DNA from: Octopus sinensis
Taxonomy: Eukaryota
DNA: 64,000 nt
Reading direction: 5' to 3'
NCBI RefSeq assembly: GCF_006345805.1
Contig: NC_042999.1
Span: 123,318,001-123,382,000 of the forward strand
In this document: one piece after another, positions 52,754 through 64,000 of the stretch
Layout: the number at the start of each line of letters is the position of its first letter
Position numbering within the stretch: position 1 is the first letter of the stretch
Notes under the pieces: model-generated
Database searches by the model: none
What the model was told of the DNA's origin: nothing
The model's input: only the letters and a program-made list of their open reading frames with translations
Position numbers and translations under genes: made by a program

Positions 52754-52912
52754 ATTATTTAATAACAGTTTGCTTTGGCTCCATGAAACTTTGTTTTCTA
52801 GGTTCATCATGCAAACCTACTTCATCAGGCTTAGATGACCGAATTGCTTAAGCCTGATGAGACTACAAAACTTTAAGTTGCATTGGGTGAATTAAACTGT
52901 TATTACATAATA
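52752..52912. repeat. Imperfect palindrome with diverging CTGATGA boxes (Penelope-like junction)
   Basis: Inner TCATCAGGCTTA / TAAGCCTGATGA; outer tattatttaataacagttt / aaactgttattacataata. Confidence 0.65.
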
Positions 52913-52969
52913 ATATATGTAACTCCTACCAAATGTGTTGAGTACCTCCTTTCATTTGTCTACTCACCC

Positions 52970-53373
52970 ATGTGTGTGTGTATATATATTATATGATTGA
53001 TATACATATAAAGTGTGTATTAGTAATATATATATATAATGCATATATATTTGTCACATATATGTATAATATATATATATATATATAAAATATATATCTA
53101 TATTACATAACCATTATTTGACATTCACTTTCCATGCTAGATGATGATGATGAAACTGTGTATTACATACATATATATTTATATATATATTACACACAGA
53201 TATATTACATATATATAATATATATATTACATATATATAATACATATATAATGTATATATTTTGCATGTATATAATGAATGTATATTACATGTATATATA
53301 TATATATATTACATATCTATGTGTGCCACATCTAATATTATATGCATATATTACATACATATAAATATGTATT

Positions 53374-53430
<57 letters not shown>

Positions 53431-53470
53431 TTACATATGTGTTTGTCACATCTATATACATATATTACAA
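52970..53470. repeat. Compound (TA)-rich microsatellite region
   Basis: Seen directly. Confidence 0.9.
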
Positions 53471-55399
53471 CATACAACAATGGCATAGAGATAACACATT
53501 AAGGGAATGCAAAAATTGTGTGCTGAGCCACTCCAATTAAAAAGAGAAAATTAGGTCGTATCTAGTACTCATTGTTTATTCCACCAACATATATCCATGT
53601 CCACAATACATTATATATATCTATACATACACTCACACATAAATACACATGCTTATACACAAATGGGTTGTATAATTCTAGCATAATAATGAATTTATTG
53701 TTTAATTATAAATACATACATAAATGCATACATTATATATATATATATACATATATATATACATGTAACTTGGGTCTTGGTGACAGTGCAGCTACAGAAT
53801 CATGGCAGAAGTATTCTTATATAGGTTCAGAACCTTATGTATTAGTTAAATCTTTTACTATATGAGCTTTTCACTCTTAATCAGAAAACCCAAAAAGGTA
53901 ATTTTTCCCTTGAATCCTTACAAATATATCATTTAAAATCCCAAATCAACAATTTTTATATTTTATTTTGTGGTGTAGTGGTAAATTTATGGTGAATAGA
54001 ATCTGAACCCCATTTTCAATTCCCTGTTGGAGCCACTTCACTGCTATTGTTAATGCCTTTGAGAAAATCATGTCAACTTTCTATTTCCTGACTCCTGTAG
54101 ATATGAGGCTCCATGCCTTTACGTGAAATGATATACTTTTATATTTCATTTAAAGAAATATTCGGATCTTCCCACTTAAATTTTAGAATGGATTTATTTT
54201 AAGGATTTCAAATGCATTCCATAATTCAGCATTCCTACCAAACTGTTTTAAAACAACAAATCATAGAAATAAACAAATATATTCATATCCTTAAAATACT
54301 CCTTCATTCTATAAAAGGTACAATATTTGCAAATGAGTGACAAACCAAACTACATAACTCCAAGTTCAGTATGATTCCTTGTCATTATTCAGCTAATTGC
54401 ACCAGGAACTGAAGTACAATATTCAATTCTCAGCCAATAAGATGCTGGTTCCTAGTTGGAACTGATTCAATTCCTGCTCCAATTTCTTTAAAAGGCATAA
54501 CTTATCACTCCCACTCCACTCTAATTCTAAAGCATCGCATCATTTTATTAAATCAATATTTTACAAAATGCTACATGGAATGCTTGCTCTCAGTGAATGT
54601 AATTTGGTAATGTTAGATTATCTACTTGCCTTAAAATTCCCGGACATTTACACACAATTTTCACTTTATGGTTTAAGATTTAAGATTGGATAGGTCATTT
54701 ACTAATCTAAATTAACTAACCATTCCACCAGAAAAGTTGTCAAATGTACAAATGATAGATAGATATATTGCATGGTCAATAATTATATCATCATACCAGA
54801 CGAAACTGACTGCAACTTTAAAATGGTTCTCTTAGTGGAAGGAATATTGAGAATTGGCTAATAATTTAATTCACAAGCAATGTTTGGCATATTACCAATT
54901 CAGTAGCTTTGAATAAGTATAGAGTATGAACAATTTATTGACTTTAATTACATGTTTCAAGTAACAGGATTCTGAATTCAAAATAGAAAGGAACAAGTGT
55001 CTTAGATCCTAAAAGAATAACAGATTGACATTTCTAGGCAAAATATTAAAAACATTAAAGTTTTAAATTCTAAAAATATTATCATGAACGTACCAGTTTT
55101 CTTTCAATTTTGTAAAGCACCATAAATTTCATATTATTCATCTCTATGTTACCAAACTCACCACTGGATAGTTTTCCATTACAGATTTGTTTTTTCATGG
55201 CTTAGTCAGAGGAGGAAAGGCAGTACTTAAGACTTTTCAGGGCCTTGAAGACTGGTGAGAGGAAGTTTTCTCAAACCAGAGACCTGGATCAAATGTTTGT
55301 ATACTTTGCTAAAGGCACCTAATAGCCAGGTGGCAGAGTTAAATTGGATTACAGATTAAGTCTACCATCCAAGAACAGGAATGATCCCTCTAACAAGCT

Positions 55400-55555
55400 T
55401 CCATACAGTTTCTGTTTACCAAATACCATTCATAAGACTTTGGTCAACCCGAGACTATGATAGAAAACACTTGCCAAAGGTACTACACAGTGGAATTGAA
55501 CCTGAAAACCACATAGTTGTGAGGCAAACTTCATAACCAAGTAGCAATTCCTGTG
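55400..55555 (-). mobile_element. SINE family A head, degenerate
   Basis: cagtttctgtttaccaaa...ttggtcaacccgagactat...cacttgccaaaggtactacacagtgg. Confidence 0.7.
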
Positions 55556-57960
55556 AGTTTAATTTTACAAGTATGACACCTACTTAGAAAGTGAAAGTCA
55601 ATATGTCATAAATAGAATTCATTAAAGAAATTTAAAAGTGTCTTTATGAATATTCAGTAAGCATAAATCACTGAAATTAAATTTTAAAATGAAATATTTG
55701 TAGAAAACTAAAATCATGTTATGTTTCCCTAGAATTTAAAGATTAATCAATAATAAATAATCATAACTGTAGAATAAGTTATTTTCAGTTAATGTGGGTT
55801 AATGTTCAAATGAATTTCAATGTTTACATAAAAGCAGATTAGCGTGATAAGACCAACATGACACAGATGGAAAACTTGTGCCTTTTGTAATGCTTAATAA
55901 CTTAGGACAGTCAGTTTGACATCTTCCTTACTACTACTACTACTACTACTGAATCAATTTGAATGCCTATTCCATCTCTACAGAATTTTGATTTCATTAC
56001 AAGTTTAATAATGTAGTTCAGAGGTGAGCATTCTAGAGCAGAGGTATGCCCCTGCTGACCTGACTTCATACTCAGTTTCAATTTCTTCTGTAGACATTTC
56101 ACTTATGCTGCTCATGATATTGGAAAACACATGGATATCAAAGAATTACATAAGGTCCTTGTGCCTATGGTTTTCATAAGTATTAATACAAAACATTTCA
56201 AAAACTATTTAACTGAATAAAATGAGAAAAACATACAATATACATAGAAAAGATAAGGTAACAACCCCAGATAAGAAAACTTCCTTCAACAGCTGAAGGA
56301 TCGACATTATAAGCACAAAATAGCGTGATAACTAAATATTCTGTAACAACTTTTTTCCTTTCTTGTAATGTTTGTTGTCAGTAAAATAACTGACTGAAAG
56401 AAGCATAATTGTATGGCTGATACAAATGTTATATTATTTTATTGAACCTAATTCTTCATTAGCTATAGCAAAATCAATTTAAAGATTATATACTTTGTTC
56501 ATTTTATATGACTGCTTATCTGGATATACCAGAGGTTCTTATTTAAGAAATTATGTAAGGAAGAAAGGTTAAGATAGCTTATGACAATATCTAAACCCTA
56601 GCATCCCTCTACACAGTGCTCTTCAAACACATCTTTTGTTTTGTCATTATATATAAAATACTAATATTGTAAGTCATCAAATTGGTATTAAACCCGTTTC
56701 TTCTTTCTGTATCGAACTTACAACCAGTCCTAAAGTCTTCCACTCAATATCAAGTTAAATTACTTATGTGATCTGTATATTTGAAAAAAAAAAACCCAGA
56801 TCAATCAAGTCATACACACTCACAAGTGTTTTATTCTTTCTATATAAAAAAATGTGTGCATGATAAATATATATATATGCATTTGCATATACAAACGACA
56901 GAAAAGTACTCAATACATATAATGAAATTCATATATTTGAAGCTAAAGCTTGATTGTTACTACTAGTATCCCATTTTTTGCAAATTTATTCAAGGCAACA
57001 CATGAATGTGTGTGTGCACGCATGTTATAGAACATGCAAGAAATAGGTATTTGGAGTTGCAACGAACTTGAGTATCAGCTTGAATGAATATCTATGTGTG
57101 TGTTACATATATATGTGCACATATTTGTATATCTATATGTATACAAATATATATACTTAATATATATATATATATATACATACACAAATATATATACTTT
57201 ATATATATATATGTACACACACACACACATATATACTTATATATAAATATATCTATACATATATGCACACATATATGTAATTATATATGTGTATGTATAT
57301 GTATCTCTATATAAGAATGTTTGCATATATATATTATTTGCATCAATATTTAAGTTTTAGTGTTTGTGTGTGTCTGTAAATATATATGTATATAAAATAT
57401 ATATATATAAACACATGCATACACATGTGTGTGTATTTGTAAATATATATGACTGAGCGAAAGTGTAAAATTATATAAATTATGAAATTAGCATGGTTAG
57501 TGTCTTGAGCAATATAGCCTGCAACTTATATTTGCTGCATTCTATATTGCAATGTTTTAGGAACTGTGTACAAAGAGCACTAAAATTTGGAGAATATACA
57601 TAAATTATAGCAAATATTCTAATTTAATTCATAAAAATTACAAAGTCTAGATTACGTATTGCATAAACACCCTTATTGATATTTGATCTTTGTTTCTAAA
57701 CAAGACAAACATTTAGTAGGAAATACTGAATATTTATGATTGGCAGATTAGCTGAGCAGCTAAAACTTGTCATTGTTATCCACATAAAAAAAAAAAAAAT
57801 CTCTTGAGCCATACTTTTAACATGATCCAGTAAACTGCATCAGTCACCTTAGAATATTTCACATTGAGTTTCTCTGATATAGAAACAAACAAAAGAAAAT
57901 AATAAACATGTTTTACATCATTTCATATGGCAAGTTCTGAGGTATACTAGAAATTGACTG

Positions 57961-57971
57961 TAATAATAATA

Positions 57972-58002
<31 letters not shown>

Positions 58003-58026
58003 CAATAATAATAATAATAACAACAA
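57961..58026. repeat. (AAT)n microsatellite
   Basis: Seen directly. Confidence 0.92.
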
Positions 58027-60242
58027 CCATTAAGATGCTTGCAATGGTGCTACTTCATGTCATTCATTTAATGTTACTTTTTTTGCTTTATTTCAAAACC
58101 TACCAAAATTTACTTGGAAATTGATTTTTTTTTTCTCTTTCTCTTTAGGTTTCATCTATTTTCTTTTGTTTTTCTTTTCTCTTTCTCTCTCCATTTTTTT
58201 TTTCTTTGCTCTTACTCAAAGTGATAGTAAAATATAAGTGAAATTTTTAGTCATTATTCAAAAATAATAGAAATTACTGTTCTATATGTTTATTCATATT
58301 TTGGAATCAAAATATTTTGTTTTGTTTGTTTATTTTTCTTCTTTCTTACACTCTTTCAACAGAAAATAACTTTTGTAACAAAAGCAGTAATTCAGTTGTC
58401 TCAAATTCCTTTCTTCTTCCACAATTCTGAGTATTTGATGTGGTTATTTTAATGGTCATAGAAATGTTTTCTGATTTATTCCAACTGTCAATATAAGGCC
58501 TATTCAGCTTGCTATATGATATTATGTTAGACATAAACTGAGTAAAAGAACAACCAAATTCAACTAAACTTGAAGAGAGAGCAAGAAGTGATGGTAACAG
58601 AAAATAGCTATCCATTGTTACAACGGCATAAGTGAGATCTAAAAAGAGCTAAATCAATGTTCTTTAGAATGGTTACTCCTCCTTCTCCTCAAGTGCACTT
58701 GAATCTTGGTTAGTTTTCTTCACGCTTGTCTAAGTGTATTTTTCTAATGGTTCTATGGTTGTTTGAACCAAGTTGTTTTAATTTGTAGTAATTATGGCTG
58801 TAGGTCAGATAAACTACTTAAGTGTTTCATTTGTTTTCAATTATATTTTAACAGGTTTTCTTTTTAATTTTAGTAAAGAAAAAAGAAATAAATACTGGAT
58901 ATCATTGAAATGTTAGGGTCTTGTGTCATAAATCAAGTCAATATAATACACCTACATTTGTCAGTCTCTTTCATTACCATAACCCTAATTTGTTTAACAT
59001 TATGGCAATTACTGCCATTGATGAATGAGACAGAAAAAAAAATACCCATTTGGATGCTAAATGTTGAAACTTTTAGTTGTTGCCTATACTGAATAATAGT
59101 TGTTGAAGAAATTTCTGATTTTTTAAATACATTTTTATGATAAGAACTCACAAAAAATAAAATGTTATTTTTTATTACATACAAAGAGAATAAGAAACAG
59201 ATCTCTATGTACAACCATATAGGGTGAAATGACTGTACTTTTGCAAACTGTACTTAAAATTTTTTTCTTTTTTTTTGTGTGTGGTTCAACTACTGATTAT
59301 GATAGATGCTTCTGTTCTGGAATTCTCATTGGAATGAAATTCAAACTTGGTTCTGCAAAGTGCTAACAATATTTTCAAAACAGAAGTATACAATAGTGAA
59401 AGCTATCACATTGGTGGATAGGCATATCACTAGTTATACAACACATTTATCATAGAAACCCAACTGATAAGGTCTAAAAAGGAAAAGGGGCTTTCAAAAT
59501 ATTTGATTACAATGATTATTAAAAAGAAATATTTGACCATATAAAATATATTTAATTATAAGAGATAATTATTTATTTCATCATTTAGAATTATTAAGAA
59601 TTTTTTTATAAACATATTCTTACAAGATACTGGAGAATTATTAGAAAGTTGTGTTACATAAATACTGTTTATTCTATTACCAATTGGTGTGATTTTAGAA
59701 AATTAGATGGAAATGGGCATATTAATGTTGAATAAAATTCTAGAACTGCCTCTCCTTTTATAACTTTGAGAATATATTCAAACAAATCGTTTTTATTAAA
59801 AGAATCCAATAAAGATATTCAATATGACAAGAACCAACTTGATTTATTCCTCTTTTTTCTGCAACTCCAGTATTTCAAAAAAAAATTAATAAAAGTTAAT
59901 TTGCTATTAACACTTTCAACATTGAGTCAGACCTTTCTATCACAGCAAAGTCTGATTCCTCCAACAGCATTAAAGCTTAACTAGATTTGATGGTTTCCTT
60001 TAGTTCACAATCATTTCATATATATTCACTTAGTGCTCCAATCATCATTTAGTATATTCCGTTTTAGATTAATTTATTTGCTATAATATTTTGAAAGAAA
60101 TATTTATTCACAGCTCATAATTTTAAGTATCACCTGAGAGACACAAATTATTACCAATGTGTTATATACTATATTACTGTAAAAAAAAAACTATTAAAAG
60201 TATTAATTTTATTATCACAATCATATTCTGAATCTATGTTAT

Positions 60243-60447
60243 TTAATAAATAGTTCAAATGGTGGGATAAATTCTATGCTGTGAGGAAGAAGAGATGTCT
60301 AATGTTTCATCGAGTATCCATCATTGGAAAAAGATTAAATGTCAACTGACATTTTATCATCCCTGATAAAGGGCACTGCTCAAAACATTAGACTTTCTTC
60401 TTTCCCACAGCTTAAAATTAATTCTACTATTTGGATTATTTGTATTA
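60243..60447. repeat. Imperfect palindrome with a decayed hammerhead-like core (Penelope-like)
   Basis: gctgtgaggaagaagagatgtctaatgttt / aaacattagactttcttctttcccacagc; core CTGATAA-agggcactgctc-AAAACATTA. Confidence 0.65.
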
Positions 60448-63339
60448 CTTTTTGATAATACAGAACATCACTAGTTTTTTCAGATTCTGATGTTTTACTT
60501 TTTAAATAGATTAGCAAAATCTCGGACCATTGATATATTTATTTTAGTTTCCTAAGCCTCTCTCTTACTGGATGAAAAATTTTATTTCATAGCTATACCA
60601 TGATACGAAATATGACCTGTATTATATGTGTTACAAATTATTGACCTGTAAACAGAACATTAGTACATCACTTAGCATTGAAGCCATAGTTTCTAAAATT
60701 TTGTAAATGAACATTTAAAAAAAAATTAGTCTTCATTTCTTAAAGGCATTCATACGAAATGAAATAAGATGTCCTTAAGTATCTCTGAGTACATCATTAA
60801 AATTGTTTTCATATACTCTGTAAGATTTTATCTGTGATATTGATATTTCATTATATCCTCCAATTATTCGGAACAAGCAAGTCAGAACAGTGACTTAGTA
60901 TGGCTCACTTTAACTAAAACTATTACACAACTTGATATCTACAATATCCAGTTAATTATGGTATGATATGAAATTTAATTCACTGTCACTTTTTTTTTTT
61001 TTTTATAATGGAGATCAATACTTCGAGGTCAAAAGTTCCCATTTCAGAGTCTGATGATTTCAAATTTATCAAGATCAAACCTGAAGTTCTATGCTGAATA
61101 TTTGCAACTTCAACAATTATTAGAATAAATATTACACATATAACATCCTGCTAAATGATATTTATATTATTTGAATATACAAAATATTACTGTTAATGTT
61201 TTATAGTTTTACTGGTTGACCGATGTCATTCATACACACTTACAAAAGTTAATTTCAACTATTCATTTCATTCCAAGTATTAGAAAAATCAAAACTGACC
61301 AGTCACTGACCAATTTCAGAGGGATTTTTTTTCTTTTGACACTGATTTGTACTTTGAACAACCTTTAACTGTGCACTACCACAAATAAACCCAGGAAAGT
61401 GATTTTTGCAACTTGTGAAGAAATTTAACATATTTCAAGCACTTCTATTTTGTGTTCCATGACTCTCTGTTCAGGTTAGACTATAATTGAATTAAGAATA
61501 TTTCCCAATTTGTCATTATTTATATACTGGAGGAAACAGTTGTGAAGTCTTTAACTCTAGCCCAACCTTATCTATGTGTAACCTCATCTATTATAAATTT
61601 TAACTTTATATTTACTTCCAAGTTCTCACTTTAAAAGTTAAACATATATATCTTCTATTCTGACATGGGTTTTAAGTATTCCCCAAACAAACGACATCTC
61701 ATTAGAGTCAATTTCTATAATCCCATGAACCTTACAACAAATTTATTCTCTTAGTATTTTTCCCATTTTCATAATGTAAATGCCATCCAAAAGTTATTTA
61801 CTCATGTTTAATGTTTCAATGGTAGATTTTCTTTTCTATTCCCTTAACATTTTGTAGTGGCAACTATTCTGTTGCTAAATGTACTTGCTTCCTACTGTTC
61901 CTATTTTTATTTCATTTTTTTTTTATTATCCATTGATTTCCTTTTCAGTTCTCAGTAATTGCTGCTCTTTGCACAGCCATAAATAATTACACACCAACTT
62001 TTCATTACCCCAATGATTATTTCTATAAAGGTATAAACAGATTTAAGTCTATTGTTATACAATAGTAACTAATGTAACATCAGCTCCTCCAACATATGAC
62101 TGGAATAATGAAGATGTTTATTTACAATTACTACTGACTGCGTCTGTTTTGGTAAGTGTGTATGCGTGCTTTTGAAAGAAGTTACCACTTGTGTTTCTTC
62201 TGACACTTTTGCTTTACAAAGATAAAATAAACCAAAATGAGGTAGGAATATTTATAGTTTTTATTTATAGTCATATGTAATGAATAAAAAAATAAGCATA
62301 TTATTTAAAAATGAAAAATTTCACTCATGAAGAAATGTTAATCACAGATCATTTAGAAATGAAACCCAAGTAATATACAATCATTTACACTAAACAATAA
62401 CCACACCCTTCCAGTAAACAATGTAACTAACACAGGTTAAGATAAACTTCAGAAGCATTTACATGAAAATGCATTTTAGACATGGAAAAGTTAAATTGCT
62501 GATCCTCAGAACTCCAATATACATGGTGTTTTAAAAGTATATCTTTAACACAGTTAACTATCTGGAATGAAGTTTGCATTCAGTAGCATTCTTAACCATA
62601 TTTAACAAAACATTCAATTAACAAGCCATTCATCACTGAGAATTTCTAGTACTTACTACAAATGAACCAGGCTATCTTTTCGGTTCCTCGACTGCTATTA
62701 GAACGATCTATGCTTTTATGCTTAAAAAGATCAAAAATTCTTTTGTTGATACACATTTTTTAAAACTATTCTATTACCTGCCAATTAATAATCTTAACAA
62801 TTTCTGCAAAGGATTTAAGATGTTGGTTTATGCAGCTATCCAATTCTTTAAATGTTTAGATACTTCAATAGTTCTAACGCAGCTCAGTAAAAGAAAATTG
62901 TAATGATGAGTATTGCTAGTGAATAAATTGGTACCTTTTAATTTTTTTCTTTTAAATTTGTTACTACTGTAAATTATTGACAGAGATAATATACTTTTGT
63001 TGATTACAAAATTTCTTGGGGAGAATTTTCCTATTGCCTATTCCTGGATTACGGAAAGATTTGATTCTAGTAGTGCATGTTATTCAGCAATTATACTGTA
63101 TCTCCTATTCTCACTGTTTAGTGAGCATAGACAGTTTGTACAAGATATACTTATATCACCAATTACAAGATATCAGGTGCGCATGTAGGACTATTTTGTT
63201 TTTAAAAAAGTACTAACTTTATTCATTGTAAAATATATTAGGTGTATGTGGTATATAGAATAATATGAAAGTAGGATTTATTCAAATAAATGATATATCT
63301 TCCATAAACAAAATAATTAGAAGTGAATGTGGGAAACAG

Positions 63340-64000
63340 GAGCTGAAGAAGTGTATAAAAGTTTTAAAAAAACAAGATGTAAAGAAAACAGTAGCAAAGT
63401 TACAGAAAGCCAATCAAAAAATGTTTGAAGAATGTATGGATTCAGAGTTGTCAGAGATCAACTTGAAGGATTAAGTGGGAAAAATTGTGGATCCTCATAG
63501 AATTAAGGTAAGTTGAAAGAGATATATGGAGAGGTTGTTGAAAGTAGAGGAAGAATAAGAAGTCAATATGAATAACAACCATCTTCAAGGTTCAGTAGAA
63601 AAGATGAGAAAGCATTAGCAGTAATAGATAGTAAAAAAACAGAAGGGTCAACTACAGTTACAAGAGGAGTGATAAAGGCAGGGGTCAAGGTGAGAAGAAA
63701 ATAATTGATCTGTTGGATGGTAGTGAAAAAAAGGACCATATTCTAGAGGATCCAAAGTTGAGTATTCTCATTCTTCTTTACAGGATTAAACGGGATCCCC
63801 TGGTATGTGGCTCATTTAGTGCTATGAAGTTATTTGAAGCATGGAGTGAAGGTAGTGGGACAAGTCATAAAGAAAAGATCAATGAATTGAAGTTTGGATT
63901 TAAGCCAAGGAAAATTACTGATGCATTTTTCTTTTCAAGGCAATTATATGAGAAGTACAGGGACATGAGAGGGACGTAGCTTGCATTTTTGTTCAGAAGA
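63340..64000 (+). pseudogene. Decayed RTE-clade LINE reverse transcriptase, runs off the window end
   Basis: SILILLYRIKRDPLVCGSFSAMKL...KFGFKPRKITDAFFFSRQLYEKY matches RT domains 0-2 (IYKGKGDPxxCxxYRxIKL...QFGFxPGxxTTDAIFxxRQLxEK). Confidence 0.82.

Overview
AT-rich animal genomic DNA, most likely an octopus (inferred from the tRNA-derived SINE families, RTE tails and dense (TA)n/(CA)n microsatellites; not verified by search). The main feature is one large spliced + strand gene. I traced 12 phase-compatible GT-AG exons from 982 to the stop at 44352, giving about 1400 codons; the 5' end lies upstream of the window. The predicted protein has a >630-aa Cys-rich ectodomain starting with a TNFR-like cysteine repeat. 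This is followed by five hydrophobic segments arranged like the prominin/Tweety pentaspan topology, with two large helical extracellular loops and a tail ending -ESAM. I cannot assign a gene name. The introns and flanks hold many mobile elements: SINE families, RTE and R4/Dong-type LINE relics, piggyBac-type and hAT MITEs (several nested), a non-autonomous Helitron, and several Penelope-like palindromes with hammerhead-ribozyme motifs. Weak evidence suggests a convergent minus-strand spliced transcript at 52-59 kb. Most short ORFs in the supplied track are microsatellite or repeat artefacts.
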